A DNA stretch of 64,000 bases, taken from assembly GCA_013239625.1 (NCBI GenBank), contig MU056925.1:2612804-2676803 (forward strand), in the 5' to 3' direction. Made by a program: the position numbers and the translations under genes. The notes beneath the pieces are model-generated. The model was given only the letters and a program-made list of their open reading frames with translations, did not search any database and was not told the DNA's origin. Source of the stretch: Lama guanicoe (lineage: Eukaryota). Within the stretch, counting starts at the first letter, position 1. Each line of letters opens with the position of its first letter. Positions 1-14,672 of the stretch are shown one piece after another.

Positions 1-39
1 GTGGGTCGGGATATGGAATTAGATGTCACTGCATTTTTT

Positions 40-1065
40 TTTCTTCCACTTTTTTTTTATTGTGGTAAAATATATGTAATGTAAAATTTAGTATCTTAAC
101 CATTTTTCAGTGTATAGTGCAGTGGTATCAAGGACATTCAGATTGTTCTGCAGTCATCACCAGCTTCGCTCTCCGGAGAACATCTCATCTTTCAAAACTG
201 AAACCCTGCCCCCGTTAAACACGAACTCCCCACTCCCTCCTCTACCCAGCTCCTGGCAATCACCGTGTGACTTTCTGTCTCTGTGGTTTTGATTCCTCTA
301 AGTACCTCATCTAAGTGGAGTCGTACAGTATTTGTCCTTTTGTGACTGGCTTGTTTGACTCAGTATGATGTCCTTGAAGTGGTAGCATGTGTCAGAATTT
401 ACTACATTTTGAGGCTGAATCGTATTCCTTTGTGTATATATATCACATTTTGCTTAACCATTCATCCTTTGGGTTATTTCCACATTTTAGCGGCTGTGAA
501 TAATGCTGCTATGAGCATGGGTGTGGAGACACCTCTTCAAGTCCTTGCTTTCATTTTGAGGGGAGTATAGACCCAGAAGTGGTATTGCTAGATCACATGT
601 TCTGGTTTTCATTTTTCTGAGGAACCACCGCGCTGTTTTCCGTAACAGCTGTACCATTTTATGTTCCCACTAACAGTGCACAAGGGTTCCAGTTTCTCCA
701 AAACATGTAATTTTCTGGGGTTTTTTGATAGTAGCCATCCTAATTGATGTGAGGTGGTGTCTCATTATAGTTTTGATTTTTATTTTCCTGGTTATTGATG
801 TTCAGCATCTTTTTATTATGCTTATTGGTCATTTGTAAAACTTCTTTGGGGAAATGTCTATTGAAGTGCTTTGCCCATGTTTTACTAATTTACTTAATTA
901 TTTATTTTGCTCTCCCTTTTTAAAATCATGTTTTTGTTTTTAAGTTTTGGGAGTTCTCTATACATGCTAGAAACTGATCCCTTATCAAATATATAATTTG
1001 CAAATGTTTCCTCCCATTCCGTGGGCTGCCTTCTGGCTCGTCAACTGTGACTTCTGATCTGCAGA
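40..1065 (-). mobile_element. L1 (LINE-1) 3' end fragment, L1MA/MB-like
   Basis: Poly-T start followed by typical antisense L1 3' UTR/ORF2-end text (gtgaataatgctgctatgagcat, tgtaccattttatgttcccac, tttgcaaatgtttcctccca). Boundaries approximate. Confidence 0.8.
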
Positions 1066-2633
1066 ACCTGTGGGCACCACTGCATTTTGGGCCAGTGGTG
1101 AGTTGATGGACAAGGTTCAGTTGCTTAGACTGCTTTATGGTAAGAGCAGTTTTCCGAGAGCTGTTTTAGGAAAAACATCCATGTCCAGCATGCGGAGAGT
1201 TGACTCTTTGTCCGGATTTTCCTGAGACAGTCTTGGGTTACACCTCCGCTCCTGGGATCCCACCTGGTTGATCATTTGTCCCAGACAGCAGTTTTCTGTT
1301 TGGACAGTAAATGTGTGATCACCTTGATTGTGAGCTCTGCAGTGTGTTGCACTCTGCTCTGTCTCTGGCCACAGTGCCCACGGCCAGAGTCACCGTACAT
1401 CGGCCACTCTGTGTACTGAGAACAGGAAACCTCTCGAGCTGCTTGGTTGGTCTGTGGTTGATTTCTCCGTCAGCCAGTCACTCTCCTGCCATGGGAGCCC
1501 ACGGCCCTCCTGATGGGCCTGGAGGCGAGTCTGCTGTTCATTTATGCTGCGGCCCAGCATCCGCCCCTGAGTGGCTTGTGTTCCTTGGTCCTGGTTTCTC
1601 ATCTGCTCTAGTCCATAAATCAAGAATTTCCTCAAAGAAGTTCCTGCTATTGGTAACTTCTGTGTTCCATCGCTCTTGTGAGAATGTACTCTGCTTTCAT
1701 ATTTCTTTCAGTTGGGCTTTTTTGATTTTTGTCTTATCTTTGAGTCAGGAGACTAATTGTGTATGTTCATCTTCTCTCTCAAATTAGAACCAACTCTTCT
1801 TTATCAAAAAATTGTCCGTAAGAAAGTGCCTTCTTGGTCTCTGCCCTGTGCCAACCTCTTTCGTGTTGATACTGCTTCAGGTTTTGTCGTGGGAACTTTT
1901 CATATCACATCATCTCCTGTCCCCCTTACTCCTGGGGTACCCACTAGGCCTGCCAACATAGAATTAAAATAGTTTGCTTCTCTTCTGTTAGCCTGCCCTG
2001 CATCTTGTATACGTCACTCTGACAGTACCTCAAGCATTCATTCAGGCACCAAATTTTCATTGCTTCAAGGATGAGATGTGTGAGATATGATGTTTGAGAT
2101 AACACTTGAAGGAAGTAGGAAACTTAGCTGTGCAGGTAGCTGCAGACCGCCAGCTGTCAGAGCAGAGCAGGAGGTCAGAGGGCGACAGGGCTGACCCAGG
2201 ATGGACTGAGCCCTGCAGTGTGCCAGCAGGAGGAGGTCGGGGAGGAGTGCCCACCGGCAGAGGCGCCAAAGGAGACCACAAGGAATAAAATGCATGTGTT
2301 CACTGACCCAGCATCCTTATCAGGCTGCGAGCTGTTTGAGAGCAGGAATGGTGTTTCATTATCTTAACGCCCCCAGAACTCAAGAGGCTTCAGTCGCAAA
2401 ATTGGAACTCTTTTTTGTTTGAGAGTTTCTGAGTGGTTTGGGATTTGGGGGGGCATGTTAAAGAACCCAAAGGCAGTGTCTTTCCAATATGGTTTGTTTT
2501 CCTCCCATGATCTGTTAAAAAAAAAAAAATGGAGGTTTTCAGTGCTCATAGTTAACTTTACAGGGAGCTGGGTGAGCTCTTGTCCCACGAGTCTCCTTCA
2601 TGTCCCCTGTTTGCAATCGTGGTGCCATTGTAG

Positions 2634-2789
<156 letters not shown>

Positions 2790-3037
2790 TAGGGGTGAGG
2801 GTGAGGGGGCTTCCAATTTAATGGTTTTATGCTTGACTTTGAAGAAATCAGTGATAAGTCCTTTTAATTCCTTTTGGGCACCAGGTAGAGGATGTGTGTC
2901 TGCTTCTGCACTGAAAGGTTCTCATTTTGCTGAAGTGCAAAATCAGTGCTTTACTGTGTGGCTTCTGAAGCAGCACCTTCTCCTCCGAGGCCTGGAGCTG
3001 AGCAGCTGGTCCAAGCTCGGCACTTTCTCCTTCACAG

Positions 3038-3133
3038 GGTACGACAGCACCAAACCCAACGTGATCGTCAAGTTGGAGCAGGGAGAAGAGCCTTGGACAG
3101 CAGCCGGTGAACTCCCGCGGCAGGCTCACCCAG
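3038..3133 (+). CDS. RBAK: RBAK KRAB-B coding exon (GYDSTKPNVIVKLEQGEEPWTAAGELPRQAHP)
   Basis: Canonical 96-nt KRAB-B exon, ttcacag| ... |gtgagg, phase 1/1. GYDxTKPNVIxKLEQGEEPW matches RBAK as recalled. Confidence 0.92.
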
Positions 3134-5209
3134 GTGAGGCAGTGGGACGTGACGTTCTGTGAGTGGTTGCTCCATCCTTTGGGAGTGACCTCAGATGCCC
3201 CAGATCGCACTCCCAGGGCCCAGGTAGCGCTCCCCCTCCAGCACACAATTGCACGCTCCCTTTCTGGCCTTACACTGGCTTACATTTTAAGGGATTCTCC
3301 ATGGTTACCAGGACTAAAGATGCCTTCCCTTTGTCTCATGCTGTCCCTAACTTACCTTCTGCCTCATCGCAAGATTCCTTTGTTTTCAGAAAGTCAAAAA
3401 TCTGACAGAAAAGTTAACTGGAGACTTTCCTGGTCATTCTTTCTGTCTTCCATCCTCTTTCCTTCCCTGCCGTGGGATGCCTCTGGCTTGTGTTCTGCCC
3501 CGGGTTCACTCCCACCTCTAGGCCCTCAGATCCCAGCCTGGCTCTCTCCCTAAGCTTATTCGTATTCAGATACATGTTATATAACTTTGTGTTAAAGGTA
3601 TTTTAAAATTTAGGGAAAGGAGGCCTTCAGAAAGCTGGGAAGAGGTTTGATAAATATTTGAAGGCTTCCCCTGAAACATAGGTAGGTTTTGAGCACAGCC
3701 AGCATGGGAAGTCAGACTGAGTGAACAGAAGTGTGTGCAGACTTAGGGTTGGGAATGAGCAGGGCAGAGCCTAGGCTTCCTGGAGCAGAAGGTGTGCTTG
3801 GAACAGGAGTGCAATGGTAGTTTGAATATATATTGTGAATCTAGGTAATGAAAAACCTTACTGGTAAATGATAACTTTTCTGTTTTTTTCCCTATTGTCA
3901 TTTGGGGGTTTTGGTTCAGGGATGTTGTAGATTTCTGAGCACAGAGCTGTCAGTGTTGCGCTGAACGTGGATGAGAGTAACTATAAATAGTGCAGAGGAT
4001 CCCCAAGTTTGTAAGATACATAGAAATAGAAGTTAACATCATAGGAGCTACTGTAGGAATCTGATATTGAAGGTTTTACACCAAATGAAACCTGGGATTA
4101 TGGGAACTCTTATTTGTATTCAGAATTAGGTTGCAGTGTCATACCAGGAACGTGGCTGGTTTTGGTAAATTTAAGTCAGTAAATTGAGAGAAAATTCATG
4201 GCAAAACTTCACAAGTATTTGTATTTGTTTCGTGTCGCTGTTCTAAGTGGTTAGCATATACTAATGAATGCAGCGTTCTCCCAGCCCTCTGGCTTAGGAA
4301 CTGTTGTCTGCATTTCAGGTACATGAAACTGTGTCATAGTTAAGTAACTTGTCAAGGTCCACCAGCCTGTGACGCGTTGGAGTTGGGGTTCTAGTGCTCA
4401 TTAGCGCTGTTCTCTGTTGTGAAGGGAAGTTAGTTGGTGCTAAGACCACAGACCCCTTCAGGGAGCTGATCTTACTGGAGACATTGGTCTACCTTACATT
4501 TCTTTCAGATGTGTGCCTGGGTCTCTCCTTCCAGGTCCCTGTGATTCAGGGCCGGGGAGTTGGAGCCCTGGTTGTGGAACTGTCTCTAAACATGAAGAAG
4601 CTGGAGTGTTTAGAATGGTTCTTTGGATTTATGTGCAGAATAGGAAGGCAGAGATTTTGGAAAGGTCTGGGTTAGAATGTTACCGTGCTAATCTTCGTAT
4701 GGAGTGATACCTGATGGTTTAATGTCAGTTGTGATCTTTTTCTCCCAAACATCATCCATACTTGAATATTTCCTTTGAATGTACGTCCAGTGGTGGTGCT
4801 CATCCTCCCACCAGCCCTGCTGGCTCTGGGTCCTCCTGTTTCTGCCTGGATCTAGCACTCGTTGGAGACTTTGTCCTCTGCTCATGATTTCTTCAGTTTA
4901 TTTCACCTTTTCTACCAAAGTTTTGAACATATTTGTAAAGTAACAAAGCTACTTGTGTTCAGTGTGAGCTTACTCTCCCTTCTTCTTCTACTGCTAAGTC
5001 CGCATTCATCCCTTCCACATTCCTCCTCCACCCCCAGGTGTCTGTCTGCCTCGTATGACAAATCAAGGAGAGAGGACTATATGCTCATGATTACAAATAT
5101 TTGTGGAGATTAGCCCTGAAGCCAGAGTCAAGCCCACGCTGGGCCCACTCCTGTTCTGTAACTGGTGTGCTCAGATTCACAAGGCTTGTTTCATTTTACT
5201 CTTTTTCAG

Positions 5210-7119
<1,910 letters not shown>

Positions 7120-8339
7120 AGTCAGATCTCATTTTAGAAAACCCTCTGCACATAATGAATGTGGGAAACCCAGATGGGAGTCAGATACCACTGCTGAGTT
7201 CATGTTTCTGGAGAAGGAAGAGCATTTAGGCATTAGATTTATTTTAATCTGAGTTTTCACTGAGAAGAATCCCTAAAAATGCATCAAGAAGCAAAGCCTT
7301 CAGCGAGACCCTACAACTCACTGGATGCTAGATCATTTATACAAGAGTGAAACTCTATAAATATTTAATATTTATTTTGGATTCCAATTGTGTCTACATA
7401 TCAGGGACTTGTACTACAGCAAAATCTGTCTGAGTGAATGTGGGAAACATTGTCTTGGAAATTGCTATACTAAAAGCCATATTTCTGGTATAAAATCAGA
7501 TGCTTATAGGGAATATATCAGAAGCTATCAGCTCTGAATGAACCTTCATTGCAGAAAATGAAGTTTAAAAATCATCTGGAGTTGATAATGAGGACAGTAG
7601 CATTGAATATGTATATGACTGTCTCATGTTTCATAAGTGTGATTAACTAATTCTATGCAATTCTCTGAAAGTTTGGATTTGATACAGTTTGTGAAAAGGC
7701 AGTATTCCTGTGTGAGCATTAAGGTGGCAAAATGTGCTAACATAGGATGTATTGTTGGTGACACATTTGTAGGTACAAAATGGCTGAATACATAATTTTC
7801 TATTCTTTAGAGATATTTTCAAATGGGCTTTTAATGAGTGCTTCATCAGTAGAGGGGCCAGTGACTTTTGTAAAGTTTCCAACTGCATTTGAGCAAAAAA
7901 AAAAATGTGACTTAAAAATACTGTTTTCGTAACCTATGCATAGATCATTTGGAATCTGGTCTGTTCCGTGAAGGACCGCGGTGCTGCTCACGCTGGTGAG
8001 ACAGGCCAGCTCTGCTGCCACTTGTTTTTTACCCCATAGGTTTGAGTGTGCGACTGTTACGTGATTCAGAAATTTTATGTTTTTATTTGTTATGAATATG
8101 GTGTCATTATTTTGTCCACTGTCTCTTATCCCCAGTATTTTGGAACAAATTAATACAAGTTTCCAGCAGGTATTTTTGGTTGATAACTCAGTGTCCTTTC
8201 TCCCCTCATGTACTTGGAAGAGTTTAGTTACGTCTTCACGTGACACACGGCAAATCCTGAGTATAATCTAAAACAACCCTGGTAACGTCCATCTGGACAG
8301 CAGTAACTCATTTATAGTGGTTGCTTGACCCAGTCCTGG

Positions 8340-10570
8340 GCGACTGAAACAAACATGGGGTCTGGAAAAAAGATAGAACAGTGATCAAATGGGTCTTACT
8401 CCAGGAATGTGAGGGTGTTTTAATAATTTAAAAAAAACAATCACTATAATATATCACATTGAAGGAAAGTAACCTAGTATCCAGGGAACTCATGGTAAAC
8501 TCAACGTCATTTTGTGTGGGTGGAAAGGAACTTCCTTTATTGGATAAAGAGTGTCTTAAACTACAACAAACAGCATATTAAATAGTGAACTATTAAAAGT
8601 TTTCTCCTAAGATCAAAAAACCAGAGAAGGGTATCCACTGTCACTGGTTGTATTCAGTATTGTGCGGAGGGACCTAGCCGGGAAAGTAAGGGAAGAAAAA
8701 GGAGGAAAAGGCTTAAGGATTAGAAAGAAGTAAAACTTACTTGCAGATGACATGATTTTATATGTAGGAATATACAGGTAATTAGGACTGAGTAAATTTA
8801 GCAGGATCCCTGCCTAGAAGGTCATTATGCAAGAGTTGGTTTTTTAATATACCAGCAACAAACGCAGAAAATGAAAAGTTTTAAAGCAATACCACCTACA
8901 GTAGAATCAGAAATCCTTAAGTGCCTAGAGTGACAAGTTGCCTAACACTATATTTTCAAGAATTCTATCCAAAAAAAAAAAGTTATGGAGCAGTGAGAGG
9001 GAGATACCCTGTCCATAGATTCCAGGACAGTCTTAAAAAGGTGTCGGTTTTCCTTAGATTAATTCACACATTCAGTGCAATCTTAAAATCTTAGCAAGTT
9101 TTTTTAAACAAATTCATATGTGAATTCAAAAGACCAATAATAATCAAAGCTGTGTTTTAGAGAAGACAAACTAGAGGTTAGAGTGTCAGGTGTCAAGAGC
9201 TGTTACAGCCATAGTGATTGGGGCAGCGTGGTTGGTGTTGGCGCAAAGTTAAGCTGACCAGTGAAGCGGAATGTTGCTTCCAGAAACACCCAAGCAGTCA
9301 CTTGACTTCTGGTGAAGGTGATGACGTAACATGGGAAAGGATGTTCTTTCCAATAAGTGCTTCGTCAATTAAATTCGTAATTTAATAGAAAATAGAGAAA
9401 TCAGCTGAGGTGGAGTGCAGTTCTAAGTAAGGAGTGTAAAATAAGGAGGCTGTAACGAGAAAACCTGCACTGTATAATAACCACACGGGAAGCAAAGGTT
9501 TCTTAAGATCCCAAAGGCACTAAATTGTAAAACTAGTTAGTTTGAATATATTATGTTTAAGAACTTCTATTTCTCAAAAAAGACACCATTGAGAAAGTGA
9601 ACAGGCAGACCACAGAGGGGAGAAGGTACTTGAGTTCATGCACGTAACAGCAGAACTGAATGTGGAAGAGCAGTTGGCAAAGAGCGGTTTTTGGTGAGGG
9701 GCCTGGTTTCCTTCACGGCAGCTCAGCCTGGCCGTTGCAGCGTGAACGCCGTAAGACAAAACAGATGAGCATGTCTGTGTCGCAGTAAGACTATTCCCAG
9801 ACTGGGTTTGGCCAGCAGGCCGTAGCTGCTGACCCCTGATCCAAAATAAACACCTACAGATCAACAAGAAAAAAATAGAAAATGGGCAAAGGACTTGGAC
9901 AGCCATCTCACAAGATAGACTATCCAGATGACCAATAAACATTTGAGGAGGTATGTTAATTTTGTTAGTAATCTGGGAAATGGCAGATTTAAGACACCAC
10001 ATGTCACTATTGCCCACCCTCTGAAATGGTGACAATGAAAAGCAGAAAGAATCTAGCATGGAGCTTTGGCAAGGAGATGACGAGCTGGCCGACACTGGTG
10101 CTGCCCGCTGATAGGCCCGTGCAGAGAGCGGGCACTTCAGGCCACATCTGTGTGTGCACCCCTCTTACCCAAAACTGGCAGACACGTGTGGGTGTGTCCC
10201 CTGTGCACGGACGTGTCCACCAAAGGACACGCCCGAGACTTTTCGTGGCATAAAACCGCGAAACGATAGAAGACGCCCAGGCAGTAGAGCTTTGCGTGTA
10301 AGAGCTGTGTTTTCCTGCATGTGGTACTGTAGAGTGAGGAGGGTGACCAGGCGCAAGCACAGGTGACAGCCGCTCGGCATGAGAACAGGCAGAACTTGCC
10401 CATGCAGATAGAAGCCCGGATAGCAGCCAGCCTTGGACAAGGCCGCTAAGGTGTGTTTACCTGGTGCTGGTAATTGGTTCCTAAGTCTGGGTGCTGAATA
10501 TCTTGAGTGTTGTGTGCACTTAAGATACGTGTATTTTCCTGCATGTATATTACACTTCCATAAAAATTTT
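8340..10570 (+). mobile_element. Old, fragmented L1 (ORF2 to 3' UTR) within the RBAK 3' region
   Basis: Degenerate L1 ORF2 text (ctaagatcaaaaaccaga, cttgcagatgacatgatt, aaaatgggcaaaggacttg) and 3' UTR ending in a poly-A remnant. Confidence 0.7.
9670..9840. mobile_element. MER58-like hAT DNA transposon nested in L1
   Basis: Terminal motifs gttggcaaa ... tttggccagcaggccgtagctgctgacccctg. Confidence 0.55.
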
Positions 10571-10868
10571 TTAAAAATCACAAATGTCTACCATTTTTGT
10601 TGCTCAGCACTCTTGCCATATTTTTCTAAATGTTTATGGATATGCTGATTAGCAGGAATTAAATGGTAGATTTTGCATAATTTTGTGCAGGGAATACTTT
10701 AAAGTAGTTCAGTGGCAACTACTAAGATTTCCTACCCTGTGACCTTAAAGTTTAATATAATTTTCAGTAAATATTTGAAAAGGTCACAGGGCACTATCTG
10801 TTGTCATCCTACCCTTTTTTGTATATAAATGGGTCTGGCTTGTATAAGTAGGTCTGGACTGCCTCTTC

Positions 10869-10874
10869 AATAAA
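10869..10874 (+). terminator. Candidate RBAK polyadenylation signal (about 3.7-kb 3' UTR)
   Basis: AATAAA followed by GT/T-rich sequence (gatgtgtgt...ttttct), in non-repeat sequence after the L1 fragment. Confidence 0.5.
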
Positions 10875-12859
10875 GAACTGATGTGTGTAAACCTTTCATA
10901 TTTTCTCAGGCAAATTGTTTTTGACATTTCTGAATTTGGGGTGCATCTTAACCATCATCTTACCCTAGAGGTGACCTCTGAGATAAAAATCACAATGAGT
11001 TTAATCTGATGAGAAATTTTTTTTAACTGTTCAGGTTATCCTTTCGGCAAATGTGAGATATGCCATTAACAGCACAAATGTGAGTGAGTGAAGGAGACAG
11101 GAGCTTGCACTGTGAGAAGTGGAACTGCTTGGCGTGGGGAGTGGGGAGGGCTGGCTGGGTTAATGCCACAATGGAAATTATGACTTCGGATGGGGTGGAT
11201 GATGCACTTGATGTTATTTGGCCTTTCTCGCACTAGATTAGGTGTGATGTGTAAACATGTGGACAGCGCATTGCTTGCTGGTGGAGGGGTCACCAAGGCG
11301 TTGGGTGGGACTTGGAGGTGTGATCCCCGCACTGGCTAACTTCCCTCAGCCCATTGGGCTCAAGGGTGTGGTCAAGCAGGGCCAGGGCTCCCCTCCTGTG
11401 CCAGAAACCGACTGCCTGCTCAGTGCATCCTGAGCCCACCCCCCACCCCCATGCTTACTGCTGCTCAGCTTGGGGCCAGTTAACTTCAGACTTCTCCCTG
11501 AAGTCACCCAAATATGTTAAAAGGCATTAGCTCAAGACCACTTACAGCTGAGGGCAGAATTTCACCGACTGCCTTATTCCATCCCCAGTTACACCCTGGT
11601 AGGTTGCCCAGCAAACTAAGCCCTTTAAAAAGGGGAAACAGATGACATGTGGCAGTGACAGTGTCACAAGTGTTCCCCAACTTTCATTATATGAAGGCTA
11701 CAAAAATTTAAAAGTAACCCTCCCCAAGTACAGTGGTAATCACAACAAAAAAAATCCCCTTTCACAAAAAAATCCCCTTTCACATGAACAAAACCAGACC
11801 CCCGTAGTGCCTGTCGGTCTGGTGAGCTGCCACTGAATTGCTGACTTGTGAGCAAAGGGTGTGGTGTGGAAACAGAGTCAGGAAGCCTCGGAGGGGAGAG
11901 AGGGCAGCTGTGGTCACACTGGAGGGAGGTGTGGAGTCGGGGAAGAGACTGGCGCAAATAGCGCGGCGTCTGCTGGGCCAGACTTCAAAACCGGGTTCTC
12001 TCCACACGTGAGCCCAGGGCAGTCACTGCCTGACGGACGGGGCAGTGGGACGGGAAAGCCAGTACTGACCTCCCCAAGCCTGGGAGTGTTCAGACCGGAG
12101 TCAGCAGAAATTTGATGTTTCAGTGATGATTTTAAAATGGGGGCTGGGGGGTTCCTTTTGTAGCGATGTTGTCCAGGAGGGGCGCGCGGCCGAGCGCGAT
12201 CCGTCCCTGCCCGGCTGCCTTCCTTCCGAGGCTGCTGCGTCCTCCATCCACCCTCCCTGGGACGCGGGGGTGTGACTGGCCTTTCCTCCCGCCAAGCGTG
12301 CAGGAGCCCCCGGGAGAAATGAGTTCTGGCAAAAAGACTCCTGAGGGCCTCAGCCACACACACACACACACACACAAGACAAATGGAACACCTATGCTGA
12401 ATAAACATCCTCAAGGGAAAAAGAGTATTGGCAACGTGAAGTAGGGTAAACAGTTCATCTGAAGGGGAATATTAAGTGTCAACGATAAAAATTCAATAGA
12501 TGAGATGCACCAATGGTTAGAGTGGAAGAGACTGTGCAGCAAAGAGCTTTTGCAGAGGCTTCAGAAAGAATAAGGAGAATGTGGTGTGAAAAGGTCCGAA
12601 ATAGAGATTTCAGCAAGATACCAAGATGGGGAAAACGCCACAAATGAAGGGGAGGAGCTCCTTGGAGGAGGGGGGAGTGACGGTTTTGTGTATGTGAAAA
12701 AACCAGTATGATCTCAAATTGAAAGAGCAGGTGGAGTTTCAAACAGGAAAGATACTGAAACATCTACACTTCATTAAAGTGAAATATAAGAATATCAAAG
12801 ATAAGATTTCGAAAGCTCCTCTAAAGAGGCAGTCACGCAAAAGATAAGATTTCTCATCT

Positions 12860-13240
12860 TTCATTTTTAGCCAGGATGAAGTAACAGGAAACCGATTTAC
12901 TCTCCTGACTAAACAACTGAAAAACTGGGCGAAACAGGTGAAACTATGGCTTTCGGGCATGGGACATCAGGCAGGACAGGCATCCCCGAGAGAAGAGAAA
13001 GTGACCCCAGCATATCGCCGGGGGAGACTCTCTGGGCCACCGTGCAGGGAAAGGTAGTCGCCCCGAGTGGAAGAGACAGGGGAGGATTCAGGAAGGAGAG
13101 AATTCAGGGAGGCCAAGGAGCTAGAAATCACAGGACGGGGTGAACAGGAGAGACTGCGCAGGGCTCTGAGGCCCTCACACGCGAGAACCCCAAACGCAGG
13201 GGTGCTGGGGGCTCAATTCGGGGGCAGGACTCTCGCGGCT
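12860..13240 (+). mobile_element. Old L1M 5'-end fragment abutting the RBAKDN-like promoter
   Basis: Resembles an ancestral L1 5' UTR (caggatgaagtaacaggaaaccgatttactctcctg...gaattcagggaggccaagg); recalled consensus only. Confidence 0.5.
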
Positions 13241-13575
13241 CAGCAAACGGAGGCCTGACCGTGACTAGGGGGGGATGGCCTGTTGTAACGGGGCGTGGCC
13301 GTGGCTGGAGACTCGCCTCGCCCCAGGGTGTGGCTAAAGAATTCGGGCGGGGCCTGCCCTGGGGGCGTGGCCTCTGGCGTGCTGGGGTGGGCGTAACAAG
13401 GGGCGGGGCGGAGCTCGGGCCAGGGGCGTGGTCAGCAGTGGAGCTCGGCCTGGTCTCCACGAGGCGTCGAAAGCTGCAGCGGACGCTCCTCAGACGAAAA
13501 CTGTTTGGATCGCAGTCTTCGGGGTCCAGAGGCCAGAGACCGGGCTGCGGGCAGACGCGGCAGGGCTGCGGGCAG
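13180..13575 (+). promoter_or_regulatory. CpG-island / GC-box promoter and candidate non-coding first exon of the RBAKDN-like gene
   Basis: Dense CpG; about 7 GGGCGGGG/GGGCGTGG Sp/KLF-type boxes at 13290-13432; candidate donor cag|GTGAAG at 13575/13576. Confidence 0.7.
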
Positions 13576-13714
13576 GTGAAGAGTGACAGGCAGACTGGCG
13601 TGAGGCGCCGGGCACATGGAACGGGGAGGGGACTGGAGAGTGGGTGGGGGACAAAGGACAGGGCCTCTGACCGCCCACCCCTCGCACCTTCCCAGCCTCC
13701 CTGCCCGCCCGGCC

Positions 13715-13835
13715 ATGTGGCGCCCGCTGGTCCTGCTGCTGCTGCTGCTGCTCCCTGCCGCCTCGGTCCCCACCGCCACTGCCGCGCTCATCCCAGGCAC
13801 CCAAAGCCAGAACGGCCCGCAGAGCCGCCTCCTAG
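13715..13835 (+). CDS. RBAKDN: RBAKDN-like small secreted protein, coding exon 1 (MWRPLVLLLLLLLPAASVPTATAALIPGTQSQNGPQSRLL)
   Basis: Acceptor ccttcccag| at 13695; gccATG Kozak; signal-peptide pattern (basic n-region, poly-Leu h-region, small residues ATA-A). Lies directly downstream of RBAK. The phase-1 donor ag|GTCACC is weak. Confidence 0.68.
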
Positions 13836-14315
13836 GTCACCACAGCCTCTCATTGGAGGGTGGGGAAAGGAGGACGACAGAGAAGAGGGGCGCAGACACG
13901 CAGCGAGAAAGGACGCCAGAGGGACACAGAGGAGGAGAAACAGATATAGGGAGGGGGCCTGAGGGACAGAGACGGGGAGATCCAGCAGGACAGATGAGGG
14001 TCAGGAATAAGGAGATAAAGCGACAGAACAGAGACGGGGCAGAGGGACAGGGACCGTTAAGAACAGGGTGGGGGGTGGACCGGTGAGGCCCCGAGGGTCA
14101 GAGGGTGGAGCGGGAGGGGGTGGGGAGGACATGGGCTCAGACTCCCGCACCACCGCCCCAAGCCCCGGGGGACCTGCTGCGGGACAGGAACAATGTCCTC
14201 TCTGCCCCGTGACTTAAGTGCCTACCCGGGGACCCCCACAGCACCAAGGACCATGCGCTGGCTGGGGAGCCGCCCCCTTCCAGCCAGCACCCGGAGCTGA
14301 CTTTTTCCTCCCCAG

Positions 14316-14395
14316 GTACCAGAGCTGGAGGAAACGGGGGGCTACAGGCTGCTGAAAAGCAGGCCCCTCACTTTGGCTGCCCTCCTGCAGTATGA
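14316..14395 (+). CDS. RBAKDN: RBAKDN-like small secreted protein, coding exon 2 ((G)TRAGGNGGLQAAEKQAPHFGCPPAV*); 66-aa spliced product
   Basis: Strong acceptor: branch point ctgac, then tttttcctccccag| at 14315. Phase compatible with the upstream exon; TGA at 14393-14395. Confidence 0.55.
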
Positions 14396-14666
14396 GGTGG
14401 CTGCCTTGGTGGTGCCGCCCCGAAGCCTGGGAGGCTGGCCTGCGGCTCCATGACAAGCGTCCAGGGCTACAGGCCACCTGTGACAGGCTCCCACAGGGGG
14501 CCTCCAGGCAGGGGCCCTGGGGCCTCCCTAACCCCAAACAACACACCCCAAGACCCACTTCTTGGCCCTTCCCAGGCTGGGCAGCAGGGGCTGGGGGTGG
14601 GCATCAGAGCCCTGGCAGGGGACAGACATGTACCCTCACCAGCGCCCACACCCATCTCCATTTAGA

Positions 14667-14672
14667 AATAAA
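14667..14672 (+). terminator. Polyadenylation signal of the RBAKDN-like gene
   Basis: AATAAA at the end of the GC-rich last exon. Confidence 0.6.

Noticed and set aside
11744-11783. Short tandem duplications here and at about 16190-16220, 29640-29670, 50892-50937 and 60278-60303
   Set aside because: Two or three adjacent copies without unique spacers; ordinary slippage, not CRISPR-like or otherwise organised.
13261-13962. 233-aa Arg/Gly-rich ORF across the CpG island
   Set aside because: Starts at GTG, has low complexity, and is explained by stop scarcity in GC-rich DNA.
14399-14470. GCLGGAAPKPGRLACGSMTSVQGY loosely resembles the natriuretic peptide ring (CFGxKxDRIGSMSGLGC)
   Set aside because: Needs several gaps, lacks F, DRI and the closing Cys, and lies after a stop codon; most likely chance.
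14390-14490. In-frame TGA-GGT-GGC-TGC (UxxC-like) after a signal peptide, suggesting a selenoprotein
   Set aside because: No SECIS: the ATGA at 14450 lacks a paired stem and apical AA, and the extended frame ends at the poly-A signal, leaving no 3' UTR.
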